From contig JAAZHX010000152.1 in NCBI GenBank assembly GCA_012510495.1, forward strand, positions 14,857 to 78,856: a stretch of DNA of 64,000 nt. The letters are read 5' to 3'. The notes beneath the pieces were generated by a model. The model made no database searches. It was not told the DNA's origin and was given only the letters and a program-made list of their open reading frames with translations. How positions within the stretch are numbered: the stretch's first letter is position 1; every line of letters starts with the position of its first letter. Shown here piece by piece: positions 1 to 10,331 of this stretch. Source of the stretch: Smithella sp. (GTDB lineage Bacteria > Desulfobacterota > Syntrophia > Syntrophales > Smithellaceae). The position numbers were made by a program, and so were the translations under genes.

Positions 1-531
1 TTCGCGGGCAATGCCGATCATGCTCAGGCAATCGGAACGGTTGGGCGTGACGCTGACATCCAGAACCGTGTCGCCCAGATCCAGGGCTTCTTCCAAAGGC
101 GTCCCCAGCGTCATGTCGGCCGGCAACTGCAGGATGCCGGAAGCATCTTCGCCAATTTCCAGTTCCGCTTCCGAACAGAGCATGCCTTCGGAACTTTCTC
201 CGCGGAGCGTGGTGGATTTGATGGTGTAACCGCCCGGGATGACCGCGCCGGCTTTAGCCAGCGGAACCACGTTGCCCGCGCGAATGTTTTTGGCGCCACA
301 GACGATCGGATAGGTTTTGGCGCCGTCGGTGACGCCGCACAAGGAAAGATTGTCCGCGTTGGGATGCGGCCGGACGGATAAAATTTTTGCAACCACGACA
401 CCGGAAAATTTGGGAGCAATCGTTTGCACGGCCTCCACTTCCAGGCCGGCCATGGTCAGCCGGTCCGCAAGTTCCTCGGCGGAGATATCCAAATCGATAT
501 AATCTTCAAGCCACTTGAGACTGACCAGCAT
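1..531 (-). CDS. pheT: phenylalanine--tRNA ligase beta subunit, N-terminal part (continues past left window edge)
   Basis: Not in the ORF track because no stop lies in the window. Minus-strand translation from ATG 531-529 gives MLVSLKWLEDYIDLDISAEELADRLTMAGLEVEAVQ...AKILSVRPHPNADNLSLC...GAKNIRAGNVVPLA. This is the canonical PheT N-terminus plus OB-fold tRNA-binding domain. A GGAGAG SD lies just upstream, and the gene sits directly downstream of pheS. Confidence 0.85.
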   Translation of the reverse strand, partial: MLVSLKWLEDYIDLDISAEELADRLTMAGLEVEAVQTIAPKFSGVVVAKILSVRPHPNADNLSLCGVTDGAKTYPIVCGAKNIRAGNVVPLAKAGAVIPGGYTIKSTTLRGESSEGMLCSEAELEIGEDASGILQLPADMTLGTPLEEALDLGDTVLDVSVTPNRSDCLSMIGIARE

Positions 532-545
532 GCAATCACGCTCTC

Positions 546-1562
546 CTAAAATTGTTTCAGAAATCGAATATCGTTTTCAAACAGCAGGCGGATGTCGGAA
601 ATGCCGTATTTGAGCATGGCGATGCGTTCCAGGCCCAGGCCGAAAGCGAAACCGGTATAGATATCCGGATCATAGCCGACGTTTTGAAATACCGCGGGAT
701 CGACCATGCCGGAGCCCAGAATCTCCAGCCACCCGGACTGACCGCAAACGCGGCAGCCCTTGCCGCGGCACATGACGCAGCGGATATCGACCTCCGCGGA
801 CGGCTCGGTGAAGGGAAAAAAACTGGGACGGAAGCGCAGGGTCGTGTCTTCCCCGAAAACTTTCTTGAGAAAAACGGTCAAAATGCCTTTCAGATCGCCA
901 AAGGTAACGCCCCGGTCCACCAGCAATCCTTCAATCTGATGAAACATCGGCGTGTGGGAAACATCGGAATCCGGGCGATACACCCGCCCCGGGGATAAAA
1001 TGCGCACGGGAGGCTTCACCTTCTCCATAATCCTGACCTGAACGGGCGAGGTATGGGTGCGCAGCACCATGTTTTCTTCGATATAGAAGGTGTCCTGCAT
1101 GTCCCGGGCGGGATGATCTTTGGGTATGTTGAGCGCTTCGAAGTTGTAGTAGTCCAGCTCGACTTCCGGCCCCTCGACAACGGAAAACCCAAAAGCCGCG
1201 AAAATATCGCAGATTTCCCGGCGAATTTGAATCACGGGATGAATGCTGCCCGCGCGGATGCCTCTCCCGGGCAGGGTAACGTCAATCTGCTGGCCGGCCA
1301 GAATTCCGGCTCTTTGATCATCCGTCCGACGCCGCAGCACTTCTTCGATAGTTTGTTCCAGAAGCTCCTTGACTTCGTTGCAGCGTTTTCCGAAAGAACG
1401 CCTTTCTTCGGCCGGAACGGAAGAGATATTTCTCAACAAACCGGTGAGAAGCCCCCTGCGGCCAAGGTATTTTGTTCTCACAGCCAGAATCGAATCCTCG
1501 GCGTCTGCCTTTTCCAGTTCGGCCAGAGCGTTCGTTTCCAGATGCTGAAGGTCCGCAATCAT
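546..1562 (-). CDS. pheS: phenylalanine--tRNA ligase alpha subunit
   Basis: 338-aa ORF with class II aaRS core motifs ([33 protein letters not shown]). It overlaps the rplT stop by 4 nt, in the conserved rplT-pheS-pheT order. Confidence 0.95.
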   Translation of the reverse strand: MIADLQHLETNALAELEKADAEDSILAVRTKYLGRRGLLTGLLRNISSVPAEERRSFGKRCNEVKELLEQTIEEVLRRRTDDQRAGILAGQQIDVTLPGRGIRAGSIHPVIQIRREICDIFAAFGFSVVEGPEVELDYYNFEALNIPKDHPARDMQDTFYIEENMVLRTHTSPVQVRIMEKVKPPVRILSPGRVYRPDSDVSHTPMFHQIEGLLVDRGVTFGDLKGILTVFLKKVFGEDTTLRFRPSFFPFTEPSAEVDIRCVMCRGKGCRVCGQSGWLEILGSGMVDPAVFQNVGYDPDIYTGFAFGLGLERIAMLKYGISDIRLLFENDIRFLKQF

Positions 1563-1918
1563 GCCGCCTGCTCGCCTTTGGCCATTTGGACAATCTGGGC
1601 GAAATCTTTCGGGTCATTGACGGCCAGCTCCGCAAGAATCTTGCGGTCCAGACCGATGTTCGCCTTCTTCAAACCGTCCATGAGACGGCTGTAGGAAATT
1701 TGGTTTTGGCGGGCCGCGGCGTTAATCCGGACAATCCATAAGGCGCGGAATTCCCGTTTGCGTCTCCTGCGGTCGCGATAAGCATAGCTCATGGCTTTGT
1801 TGACGGCTTCCGTAGCGCTTTTGAGCAGCCGGCTGCGGGCGCCGAAAAACCCCTTGGCCATTTTTAAAATTTTTCTTCTCTTCTTCCTGGCGGTAATGCT
1901 TCTTTTGATCCTGGCCAT
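1559..1918 (-). CDS. rplT: 50S ribosomal protein L20
   Basis: 119 aa, [29 protein letters not shown]...[26 protein letters not shown], typical L20. Confidence 0.95.
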   Translation of the reverse strand: MARIKRSITARKKRRKILKMAKGFFGARSRLLKSATEAVNKAMSYAYRDRRRRKREFRALWIVRINAAARQNQISYSRLMDGLKKANIGLDRKILAELAVNDPKDFAQIVQMAKGEQAA

Positions 1919-1968
1919 TTTCTTTTACTCTCCTTAAATCTATAGAACAACTTCCGTAGGTTGACGGC

Positions 1969-2166
1969 CTACAAATAAGGAATCAGCCTCTTGATGGCTT
2001 TTTCATTGGCACCGTGCACGAGCGCGGCTTTCCTGAGCGTTCTTTTTCTTTTGGTGGTTTTCTTCGTGAGGATGTGGCTGGCAAACGCTTTGCTGCGCTT
2101 GACCTTCCCCTTCGCGGTCAGAGAAAAGCGTTTGGCCGCCCCCCGATGTGTTTTCATTTTTGGCAT
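1969..2166 (-). CDS. rpmI: 50S ribosomal protein L35
   Basis: 65 aa, [14 protein letters not shown]...; lies between infC and rplT as in most bacteria. Confidence 0.95.
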   Translation of the reverse strand: MPKMKTHRGAAKRFSLTAKGKVKRSKAFASHILTKKTTKRKRTLRKAALVHGANEKAIKRLIPYL

Positions 2167-2196
2167 ATTCTCACCTCTTCTTTGATTCTCGCGGAT

Positions 2197-2706
2197 TTAT
2201 TTTTTCGGTGAAACAATCATCACCATGCTCCGGCCTTCCAGACGCGGCTCCTGGTCTATGACGCACTCATCGGTCAGCGACACCTTGATCTGCTCCATGA
2301 GTTTGCGGCCGATCTCGATAAAGGCGATTTCCCGCCCCCGGAACATCATCGATATCTTTACCTTGTCGCGCTGCTCCAAAAACTTTTTGATATGCTTGAT
2401 CTTGACCTGTAAATCATGACTTTCCGTTTTGGGCCTCAATCGGATTTCCTTGACATGAATCACCGTCTGGGTTTTTCGGGCATCGTGAATTTTTTTGCTT
2501 TGTTTGTAGCGGAATTTCCCGTAGTCCATGATTTTACAGACGGGCGGATCGGCATTGGCCGACACTTCCACCAAATCCAGGCCTGCCCTTTCCGCATGAG
2601 CCATCGCCTCCTCCAGGGGAATCACACCCAGCGGCTGTCCTTCTTCGTTAATCACTCTGACGTTTGTCGCCCTGATTTCCCGGTTAATCCTTAAATCCTT
2701 AGCTAT
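2197..2706 (-). CDS. infC: translation initiation factor IF-3, probable non-canonical ATA start
   Basis: The ORF-track model begins at 2655. The in-frame upstream codons read (I)AKDLRINREIRATNVRV, which is the conserved IF3 N-terminus. AAGGAGGTG (2719-2711) lies 4 nt before ATA 2706-2704. No ATG/GTG/TTG lies in frame between the thrS stop (2745-2743) and this codon. Confidence 0.85.
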   Translation of the reverse strand: MAKDLRINREIRATNVRVINEEGQPLGVIPLEEAMAHAERAGLDLVEVSANADPPVCKIMDYGKFRYKQSKKIHDARKTQTVIHVKEIRLRPKTESHDLQVKIKHIKKFLEQRDKVKISMMFRGREIAFIEIGRKLMEQIKVSLTDECVIDQEPRLEGRSMVMIVSPKK

Positions 2707-2742
2707 ACTGCACCTCCTTGGGGAATCTATCCTGCAAATCTG

Positions 2743-4659
2743 TTATTTCTTCTGTTCACACGCATCTTGCACCATGACAATGAATTCGTCCACCGGCAGC
2801 GCGCCGAGATTCTGACCGTCGCGGGCTCTGGGCGCCACCGTCCCGGCCGCCACTTCCTTGTCGCCGATGACCAGCATGTAGGGAATTTTCTGCATTTGCG
2901 CCTGGCGGATTTTATACCCCAGTTTGTCGTTGTCGAAATACGCTTCGCAACGGATGCCGGCTGCGATCAATTGCTCGTACACCTTGCCGGCGTAAGGGGT
3001 CTGTTTGTCCGTAACCGTCAGCACAACACATTGCACAGGCGCCAGCCATACCGGAAACGCGCCGGCGTAATGTTCGATGAGAACGCCCATGAATCGTTCA
3101 ATTGCACCCAGAATGACCCGGTGCAGCATTACGGGCCGGTGCTTTTCACCGTCGGGACCGATGTAATTCAGATCGAATCGCTCCGGCAGGGTAAAATCAC
3201 ACTGAATCGTCGCACACTGCCATTTTCTTTTCAAGGCGTCCTTGAGCTTGAAATCGATTTTCGGGCCGTAAAACGCACCGTCGCCTTCATTCACCTCGTA
3301 GGGGATCCGGTTGTCCTTCAGGGCATTTTCCAGCGCATGCGTGGCCAACTCCCAATCCGCCTTGGAACCGATGGAATGCTCCGGCCTCGTGGAAAGCTCC
3401 ACTTCGTATTCAAAACCGAAAATGCCCATCGCATAACTGACAAAATCCGCGATGGAACGGATTTCCGCATTGATCTGTTCGGGCATGCACAGAATATGCG
3501 CGTCATCCTGGGTGAACTGGCGCACGCGCATCAGGCCGTGCAGGACGCCGGTTTTTTCGTGGCGATGGACGGTGCCCAGCTCGAAATACCTCAACGGCAG
3601 GTCCCGGTAGCTCCGGATTTTGGATTTGTAGATCAGCATGTGCGACAGACAGTTCATCGGCTTGATGCCGTAAGTCTGTTCGTCCACTTCGGTAAAATAC
3701 ATATTGTCGCGGTAGTGATCGAAATGACCCGATTTTTTCCACAGATCCACTTTCAGAATCTGGGGGCCCATGACCATGTTGTAGCCGCGCTTCAGGTGTT
3801 CTTTTCTTTCCCACTCTTCGATAATGTATCTCAGCAGCATACCCTTGGGGTGAAAGATGACCAGCCCCGCGCCCGCTTCGTCATTCACCTGAAATAAATC
3901 GAGTTCTTTGCCCAGGCGCCGGTGATCTCTCTTTTTGGCCTCTTCCAGGAGCGCCAGGTAATCCCGAAGCGCCTCTTCATCGGCAAACCCCGTGCCGTAG
4001 ATGCGCTGGAGCATCTTGTTGCGCTCGTCGCCGCGCCAGTAGGCGCCTGCCACGCTCAACAGCTTGAAGGCCCTGATCATACCCGTCCGCGGAATGTGCG
4101 GACCGCGGCATAAATCTACGTAATCACCGTCTTTGTAGAGACTGACGATCGAAACATCCGCCGGCAGATCGCGAATCAACTCAACCTTGTAATATTCGCC
4201 CTTTGCGGCAAAAAGCCCGGCTGCCTTTTCGCGGGGCAACTCCTCGCGGATAAAAGGGTAGTCCGCCGCAACGATTTCCTTCATCCTTTTTTCAATCTTT
4301 TCGAAATCGTCCAGGGTAAAGGTTTCAGCATATTCAAAATCGTAGTAAAATCCGTCTTCAATGGAAGGACCGATGGCGACTTTTACGCCGGGAAACACAT
4401 CCTGCACGGCCTGCGCCATCACGTGAGAAATGCTGTGGCGCAAAACGGAAATGCCTTTTTTTGACGAAATATCGACGGGTTCAACCGTCGCGTCCTCCGC
4501 AAGCGCGAAGTTCAGATCGACCAAAACCCCGCTTACGCTTGCGGCGACGGCGGTGGCAAGCGCTTCTTTCTTCCAGCCTGCGAGAGCCGCGGCCACTGTC
4601 GAGCCGGTCGGAAAGGCTTGCCGGGATTGGTCCGGAAAAATTACTGTGATATCTTTCAT
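2743..4659 (-). CDS. thrS: threonine--tRNA ligase
   Basis: 638 aa with TGS, editing and class II catalytic domains (e.g. [25 protein letters not shown]) plus a C-terminal anticodon-binding domain. Confidence 0.95.
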   Translation of the reverse strand: MKDITVIFPDQSRQAFPTGSTVAAALAGWKKEALATAVAASVSGVLVDLNFALAEDATVEPVDISSKKGISVLRHSISHVMAQAVQDVFPGVKVAIGPSIEDGFYYDFEYAETFTLDDFEKIEKRMKEIVAADYPFIREELPREKAAGLFAAKGEYYKVELIRDLPADVSIVSLYKDGDYVDLCRGPHIPRTGMIRAFKLLSVAGAYWRGDERNKMLQRIYGTGFADEEALRDYLALLEEAKKRDHRRLGKELDLFQVNDEAGAGLVIFHPKGMLLRYIIEEWERKEHLKRGYNMVMGPQILKVDLWKKSGHFDHYRDNMYFTEVDEQTYGIKPMNCLSHMLIYKSKIRSYRDLPLRYFELGTVHRHEKTGVLHGLMRVRQFTQDDAHILCMPEQINAEIRSIADFVSYAMGIFGFEYEVELSTRPEHSIGSKADWELATHALENALKDNRIPYEVNEGDGAFYGPKIDFKLKDALKRKWQCATIQCDFTLPERFDLNYIGPDGEKHRPVMLHRVILGAIERFMGVLIEHYAGAFPVWLAPVQCVVLTVTDKQTPYAGKVYEQLIAAGIRCEAYFDNDKLGYKIRQAQMQKIPYMLVIGDKEVAAGTVAPRARDGQNLGALPVDEFIVMVQDACEQKK

Positions 4660-4694
4660 TTTAATCCGCTGATTTTAAAATTTCAAATCATTTT

Positions 4695-4727
4695 AAAAGG
4701 GCATCACCACCTTGCTGATGCCCTTTT
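4695..4727 (-). terminator. rho-independent terminator-like hairpin downstream of tRNA-Val
   Basis: AAAAGGGCATC-(11 nt)-GATGCCCTTTT. On the minus strand the stem is followed by TTTTAAAA. It lies 28 nt past the tRNA 3' end and about 35 nt before the thrS start. Confidence 0.5.
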
Positions 4728-4755
4728 CTTCTAACCGGCACGAACGTATAAAAAA

Positions 4756-4830
4756 TGGTAGGCAAGCAGGGATTTGAACCCTGGACATCCACCGCGTCAG
4801 GATGGCGCTCTCCCCCTGAGCTACTTGCCT
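4756..4830 (-). tRNA. tRNA-Val (anticodon GAC)
   Basis: The reverse complement folds as a cloverleaf: AGGCAAG TA GCTC AGGGGGA GAGC G CCATC CTGACGC GGTGG ATGTC CAGGG TTCAAAT CCCTG CTTGCCT A CCA. It has a 7-bp acceptor stem, a T-loop TTCAAAT, anticodon loop C-T-GAC-G-C and an encoded CCA; 75 nt. Confidence 0.9.
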
Positions 4831-4890
4831 GTCTGCAACTTTTGCGCTTGGTGACCTAGCAGTAAAACTCTTTTGTGTCAAGCGAATATC

Positions 4891-5448
4891 TTATTTTTTC
4901 ATCTCTTCGGGTGCGGATTTATTCAGTATCCGGATCCCCCGTAAAATGTAAACGGCGCCGGAAAGAAAGGTGAAAAAAGCCGTGCCCCAGAAAAGTCCGG
5001 GGAGCCAGACACATCCGAAGTCAGGCGTCAGCGCCTTGCATAGCAGAGCGAAAAAAACAGTCGCCACTTGCAGGACCGTGGTAACCTTGCCGACGATTGC
5101 CGGTTTGATTTCATAAGGGATCGCAATCAGGGAGAATATTGCGATCCCCAGCAGGATAATAAAGTCCCGGCTGATGACCACGACGGCCAGCCAGGCGGGC
5201 ACAAGTCCGAAAACGGCCAGCATGACAAAACTGGTGACCAGGAGCAGTTTATCGGCGATGGGATCGAGATAAGAACCCAGAACAGTCTGACACTTTAAAA
5301 GTCTTGCCAGCGTTCCGTCCAGCGCGTCGGTCAAACCGGCAATGACAAAAGTGATCAATGCCCGGTCATATTCCGCCTGGATCACAAAGATGACAAACAC
5401 GGGAACCAGAATAATCCGTAAAAGAGATAGGAAATTGGGAATATTCAT
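4891..5448 (-). CDS. pgsA: CDP-diacylglycerol--glycerol-3-phosphate 3-phosphatidyltransferase (CDP-alcohol phosphatidyltransferase family)
   Basis: Shows the CDP-alcohol transferase motif DALDGTLARLLKCQTVLGSYLDPIADK (D-x2-DG-x2-AR...G-x3-D-x3-D) and is multi-TM. ATG at 5448 is preferred over the GTG at 5454 used by the ORF track. Confidence 0.85.
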   Translation of the reverse strand: MNIPNFLSLLRIILVPVFVIFVIQAEYDRALITFVIAGLTDALDGTLARLLKCQTVLGSYLDPIADKLLLVTSFVMLAVFGLVPAWLAVVVISRDFIILLGIAIFSLIAIPYEIKPAIVGKVTTVLQVATVFFALLCKALTPDFGCVWLPGLFWGTAFFTFLSGAVYILRGIRILNKSAPEEMKK

Positions 5449-5468
5449 CTGCACATCCGGCGTCTGCG

Positions 5469-6239
5469 TTATTGTTCGAATTGCTTATCTCTCTGCTTGT
5501 TCCATTTCACCCAGTCATCCATGTCCTCCTCTTCCGTAAAATCTCTCGGCTTCAGGGCCTGGCCGTCGGACGTAATCCGGACCTGCTGCATGGAGCGGAC
5601 AATATACACCCATTGTTCCATCGTGACGGGCTTCGGCCCTTCAATCACCGAGGGGCCGGCAACCGGCTGGGGAGGTCCCGGTGTTTCCGGCGGCTCTGTC
5701 TCCTTCGCCCGGGAAACGCCAGCAACGCTGACTTCGCCGTCATACACCTTGACCACCGCGGACTGGTCCGTTTCGACATCCATGCGGTAAACGGTGCCGC
5801 GCACCCCGGCCACGGCATTCCGGCAGGATATTTCAAACTTGTCGCCTTCGCCAACCAGAGACTTGCGCACGTTGGTCCAGATTTTTCCCAGCATCACGGA
5901 AATGCCGACGGCGCGGCTTCCCCGGGCGCCGATATCCGCCTGAACCAGTATGAATTTTGTCTTTTCGGCGAAACGAACAACGCTTCTGTCCGGCAAAACC
6001 ATTTCCAGCCGGGAGTCCGCGCCCGTGGAGACTTCGCATCCGGGCTTGATGAAATCGTAATTTTTGATGATGACGGCCTGGGTCTGCCCCGGGCAGGTCA
6101 TAGAAACCTCCCCTTGCAAAGACGTAACCCGCGCCTTGCCTTTTGTCATCTTGACGGCAACCGGCGGCTGGGCCTGCGCGCTCGCGAACAACAGCAACAC
6201 CGGAAAGACGGCCGCAATGATTTTGGTCCGCTTGCTCAT
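5469..6239 (-). CDS. secreted FecR-domain protein
   Basis: ATG at 6239 follows AAAGGAGAAG and yields a signal peptide MSKRTKIIAAVFPVLLLFASAQA. The body resembles the FecR/'LVQADIG...VAGVRGT' beta-sandwich family. The family call is from memory. Confidence 0.6.
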   Translation of the reverse strand: MSKRTKIIAAVFPVLLLFASAQAQPPVAVKMTKGKARVTSLQGEVSMTCPGQTQAVIIKNYDFIKPGCEVSTGADSRLEMVLPDRSVVRFAEKTKFILVQADIGARGSRAVGISVMLGKIWTNVRKSLVGEGDKFEISCRNAVAGVRGTVYRMDVETDQSAVVKVYDGEVSVAGVSRAKETEPPETPGPPQPVAGPSVIEGPKPVTMEQWVYIVRSMQQVRITSDGQALKPRDFTEEEDMDDWVKWNKQRDKQFEQ

Positions 6240-6306
6240 TTTCTTCTCCTTTGATGTCCTTGACAAACCAGGGGGCGCCTTCGTTTTGCCGAAAGGCCTC
6301 GATGCT

Positions 6307-6906
6307 CTACCCTCTTAATTTCGGCCCGTACGGCAAGGTTTCCATAATTTGGCCCACCACTTCTTCCAGAACCGCTTCCATATCTCCGGCCGTCTTCATT
6401 TCCAGCGTTTTACCCCGTAGATCAAAACTTCTGCCGGTGGATTTGCCCTGTGCGCTCCACAGGGTTTCGCCCGTTGCCGCGCTGCGCAGTTCGCACCGGA
6501 CCGACACGGTAACCGGAGTATAAAATATTTTTTTTGCCGCTTTGCTTTCCATCAGACAACAGGACATGGCGGCGTCCGCGCCCAGCATCCTCTGGAGGAA
6601 CTCCGGAGAAACGGCGTCATTTTCCCCCGCTTCCTTACCGCCCGCCAGAGCCGCCAGACGCTCGTCAATAACTTCGATCGCCACCTGCGGATACCCTTTG
6701 AAGCGAAGCTCGTCCGATATTTTGAGCCGAAGCATTTTCGACGCCCGGGCGTCTCCGGTTTGATTTTCAATCGGCAGCAGGGCCACCATATTCACCGCTT
6801 TTTGATCGGCGTCATTTTTGAGAGTCTCCGGCAAGCGCGACGAACAGGCGTTAAGACCTGCGCAAAGCACTACAATCAGCGCGAGAAAAAACAGACGGAC
6901 TTTCAT
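6307..6906 (-). CDS. lipoprotein, DUF799 (GNA1162-like) family
   Basis: The internal ATG at 6906 gives MKVRLFFLALIVVLCAGLNAC with a lipobox (LNAC) and avoids overlap with rsmI. The pattern LPIENQTGD...GYPQV...LGADAAM...TGETLW matches my recollection of DUF799. Confidence 0.6.
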   Translation of the reverse strand: MKVRLFFLALIVVLCAGLNACSSRLPETLKNDADQKAVNMVALLPIENQTGDARASKMLRLKISDELRFKGYPQVAIEVIDERLAALAGGKEAGENDAVSPEFLQRMLGADAAMSCCLMESKAAKKIFYTPVTVSVRCELRSAATGETLWSAQGKSTGRSFDLRGKTLEMKTAGDMEAVLEEVVGQIMETLPYGPKLRG

Positions 6907-6985
6907 GGCCACTCCTTTTGAAGTGGAACTAGCATAGAGACGGCAACTCTTCAAGCAATATGTAAAGCGCGGCAACCCGGTTTTT

Positions 6986-7840
6986 TTATGAAAATTCCCG
7001 GCGGATTTTGACGGCCGCATCATAGATTTTTTTTCTGGGAATTTGGGTTTGCCTGGCCGTCAGGGCCACGGCGTCCCGAAGTGAAACACTTTTCTCTGCG
7101 AGGATTTTCCGAAGCGTCTCCTGAATCTCTTCCTCCGAAAGCGGCGCAGGTTCATGGGCGGCCGCCCTCACGATCACGGTAAATTCCCCCCGGATCTTTG
7201 CGGCAGGGGTCTGGTTCAGGAGCATGGACAGCTGCCCCTGTTTGATCTCTTCAAACACTTTTGTCAGTTCACGCGCCACAACGACCTGTCGGTCGCCCAG
7301 AATCTCCAGCGCGTCTTCCAGGGTTTTGCGGATTCTGGCCGGAGACTCATAAAAAATGACGGTAACTTCCGCCTGGCGGACGGACTCCAGAAAGCGGCGG
7401 CGCCGGTTTTGCCGGGGCGGCAGAAAGCCGCAGAACAAAAAAGGACCGGCGTCAAAGCCGCAAACCGACAGAGCCGCGGGCAGCGCACAGGAGCCCGGAA
7501 CGGGGACGACCCGGATCCCTCCTTCCAGAGCGGCGCAAACGAGATGATGGCCGGGATCACAGACACAGGGCGTGCCGGCGTCAGAGACGTACGCGACGCT
7601 CAGTCCGTCCCGCAGCCGTGAAAGGACCACCCGGCTCCGTTCCTTTTCGTTGTGCTCGTGCAGGCTGATCAGGGGCGTTTTGATCCCATAGGCGGAAAGC
7701 AGAATTCGGGAACGGCGGGTGTCTTCCGCAGCAATCAGGTCAACCTCTTTCAGCACGCGCAGCGCCCGGAGGGTAATGTCCTCCAGATTGCCGATCGGCG
7801 TGGCCACCATATACAGAACGCCCCGGGTTTCCTTGTCCAT
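6986..7840 (-). CDS. rsmI: 16S rRNA (cytidine1402-2'-O)-methyltransferase
   Basis: 284 aa; LYMVATPIGNLEDITLRALRVLKEVDLIAAEDTRRS is the typical RsmI/tetrapyrrole-methylase-fold N-terminus. Confidence 0.9.
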   Translation of the reverse strand: MDKETRGVLYMVATPIGNLEDITLRALRVLKEVDLIAAEDTRRSRILLSAYGIKTPLISLHEHNEKERSRVVLSRLRDGLSVAYVSDAGTPCVCDPGHHLVCAALEGGIRVVPVPGSCALPAALSVCGFDAGPFLFCGFLPPRQNRRRRFLESVRQAEVTVIFYESPARIRKTLEDALEILGDRQVVVARELTKVFEEIKQGQLSMLLNQTPAAKIRGEFTVIVRAAAHEPAPLSEEEIQETLRKILAEKSVSLRDAVALTARQTQIPRKKIYDAAVKIRREFS

Positions 7841-7868
7841 TGAGCCGCCTTTCAGACCCTTTTTGTAG

Positions 7869-7897
7869 TTGACATCCTTGCCCTTCCGCTTTATTAG
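7869..7897 (+). promoter_or_regulatory. candidate sigma70-type promoter for the UDP-sugar genes
   Basis: TTGACA (7869-7874), 17 nt, then TATTAG (7892-7897), about 45 nt upstream of the ATG at 7943. Confidence 0.35.
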
Positions 7898-7942
7898 CAG
7901 AGACGAAAATAAAATACTACCGGGAAGAACGGCAAACGCACC

Positions 7943-8884
7943 ATGAAACGAATATTGATTACCGGCGGAGCGGGTTTTTTAGGCTCCCACCTGTGTGAAC
8001 GCCTTTTCAACGAAGGACATGACGTGATCTGCCTGGACAATTTTTTTACCGGCCATAAAAACAACATCGCCCACCTGATGGGACAGACGCGTTTCGAACT
8101 GCTCCGGCACGATATCATCAACCCCATCTATCTGGAGGTGGACGAAATCTACAACCTCGCCTGCCCGGCCTCGCCCGTGCACTATCAGTACAATCCCATC
8201 AAAACCATCAAAACCAATGTCATGGGGACCATCAATGTCCTGGGCATCGCCAAACGAACCCGGGCGAAAATTCTTCAGGCGTCCACCTCGGAAGTCTATG
8301 GCGATCCGGATGTCCACCCCCAGCAGGAATCCTACTGGGGCCGCGTCAATCCCATAGGCATTCGCAGCTGCTATGACGAAGGCAAGAGAGCCGCGGAATG
8401 CCTGATAATGGACTACCGGCGGCAAAATGCCGTCAATACGAAAATCGCCCGTATCTTCAATACTTACGGACCGCGCATGGCCGTCAACGACGGACGCGTC
8501 GTCAGTAACTTCATTCTGCAAGCCCTGCAGAACCGGGACATCACCGTTTACGGCGACGGCAGCCACACGCGCTCCTTCTGCTACGTAAGCGATCTGATCG
8601 ACGGACTGATCCGGCTGATGAACGCGCCGGACGATTTCTTCGGACCGGTAAATCTCGGCAATCCCGTCGAATTCACCATCCTGGAGCTGGCGCGCCTGGT
8701 GATTGAACTGACGGGCGGCAAATCGCAGATCGTTTTTCAACCGCTGCCGTCCGATGACCCGGCGCAGCGCAAACCCGATATAGCCCTGGCGCGGGAAAAA
8801 CTGGGCTGGCGGCCGGCTATTTCGCTGAAACAGGGCCTGATCGGCACGATTGCCTATTTCAAAGAAATCCTGAAAACAGCCTGA
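7943..8884 (+). CDS. UDP-glucuronate decarboxylase (UDP-xylose synthase), SDR family
   Basis: 313 aa; [21 protein letters not shown]...[11 protein letters not shown]...YDEGKRAAE, the typical UXS signature. Confidence 0.9.
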   Translation: MKRILITGGAGFLGSHLCERLFNEGHDVICLDNFFTGHKNNIAHLMGQTRFELLRHDIINPIYLEVDEIYNLACPASPVHYQYNPIKTIKTNVMGTINVLGIAKRTRAKILQASTSEVYGDPDVHPQQESYWGRVNPIGIRSCYDEGKRAAECLIMDYRRQNAVNTKIARIFNTYGPRMAVNDGRVVSNFILQALQNRDITVYGDGSHTRSFCYVSDLIDGLIRLMNAPDDFFGPVNLGNPVEFTILELARLVIELTGGKSQIVFQPLPSDDPAQRKPDIALAREKLGWRPAISLKQGLIGTIAYFKEILKTA

Positions 8885-8909
8885 GCAGGGTGAGAGGAAA
8901 CACAAAGAC

Positions 8910-10286
8910 ATGAAATTCAAGAAAAACATTCTCGGCATTGGCGCAGGCTATGTCGGAGGCCCCTCAATGGTGATGATCGCCTCCAAATGCCCGGACTATA
9001 AAGTGACCGTCGTGGACATCGATCCCGGGCGCATCGCCGCCTGGAACTCCGACCAGCTTCCCGTCTATGAACCCGGCCTGGACGCCATCGTCCGGAAAAC
9101 GCGCGGCCGAAATCTTTTCTTCTCCACGGACGTCGAAGCGCAGATTCAGGAAAACGACATCATTTTCGTCTGCGTCAACACGCCGACCAAAACATTCGGC
9201 GCGGGCGCCGGCATGGCCGCCGACCTGCAGTACTGGGAAAAAACAGCCCGGCAGATTCTCGAAAACTCAAAAACCTCGAAAATTGTCATTGAAAAAAGCA
9301 CTCTGCCGATCAAAACGGCGCAGGCGATGGAACGGATTCTGTCGTCGGGAAAGAAAAACGTCACGTTTGACGTCCTTTCCAACCCGGAATTCATGGCGGA
9401 AGGAACCGCCGTCAGCGATCTGGAAAATCCCGACCGGGTTTTGATAGGTTCGCGCGAAACCAAAAGCGGACTGGCCGCCCGCGCCGCGCTTGTGGAAATT
9501 TACACCCGCTGGCTGCCGCGAGAAAAGATCATTACGTCGAACATCTGGAGCGCCGAACTTTCCAAACTGGTAGCCAACGCTTTTCTGGCGCAACGGGTAT
9601 CCTCCATCAATTCCATCTCAGCGCTTTGCGAAAAGGCGGACGCCGACATCTCCGAAGTGGCGCACGCCGTGGGCACAGACAGCCGCATCGGGTCCAAATT
9701 TCTCAAGGCGGGCATCGGCTTCGGCGGTTCCTGCTTCAAAAAAGATATTCTGAATCTGGTTTACCTGTGCCGTTTTTACGGTCTGCCGGAAGTGGCCGCG
9801 TACTGGGAGAGCGTCGTCAAAATCAATGAATACCAGCAGGACCGGTTCATCGCCAACATTCTGCGCTCCATGTTCAACACGCTGGCCGGGAAAAAAATCT
9901 GCGTTTTGGGGTTTGCCTTCAAGGCCGACACCGGCGACACGCGCGAAAGTCCGGCCATCTACATCACCAGAAAACTGCTGGCGGAGCGCGCCGAGGTCGT
10001 CATTTCCGATCCCCGGGCGCTGGCCAACGCCGCGGTCGATCTGGCGCAGGAAAAAGGAAAAATCAGCTATGTCGAAGACCCTTACAAGGCCGCGGCAAGC
10101 TGCCACGCGCTGGCCGTCATGACGGACTGGGAGGAATACCGGACGCTGGATTATCGGAAAATATACAAGGTCATGGTCAAACCCGCCTTTTTGTTCGACG
10201 GCCGCAATATCGTTGATCACCGGAAGTGCTTCGACATCGGCTTCAACGTGTTTCCCATCGGAAAACCGGCCCTTACCCGTTTTTAA
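8910..10286 (+). CDS. ugd: UDP-glucose 6-dehydrogenase (long, eukaryote-like form)
   Basis: 458 aa with an N-terminal Rossmann GAGYVGG and catalytic region GFGGSCFKKD. It sits adjacent to the decarboxylase that uses its product. Confidence 0.9.
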   Translation: MKFKKNILGIGAGYVGGPSMVMIASKCPDYKVTVVDIDPGRIAAWNSDQLPVYEPGLDAIVRKTRGRNLFFSTDVEAQIQENDIIFVCVNTPTKTFGAGAGMAADLQYWEKTARQILENSKTSKIVIEKSTLPIKTAQAMERILSSGKKNVTFDVLSNPEFMAEGTAVSDLENPDRVLIGSRETKSGLAARAALVEIYTRWLPREKIITSNIWSAELSKLVANAFLAQRVSSINSISALCEKADADISEVAHAVGTDSRIGSKFLKAGIGFGGSCFKKDILNLVYLCRFYGLPEVAAYWESVVKINEYQQDRFIANILRSMFNTLAGKKICVLGFAFKADTGDTRESPAIYITRKLLAERAEVVISDPRALANAAVDLAQEKGKISYVEDPYKAAASCHALAVMTDWEEYRTLDYRKIYKVMVKPAFLFDGRNIVDHRKCFDIGFNVFPIGKPALTRF

Positions 10287-10331
10287 GATCAGGCCCCGCA
10301 GCTTGCGCAGGAAAGCGCGGGGAGAGAATCG

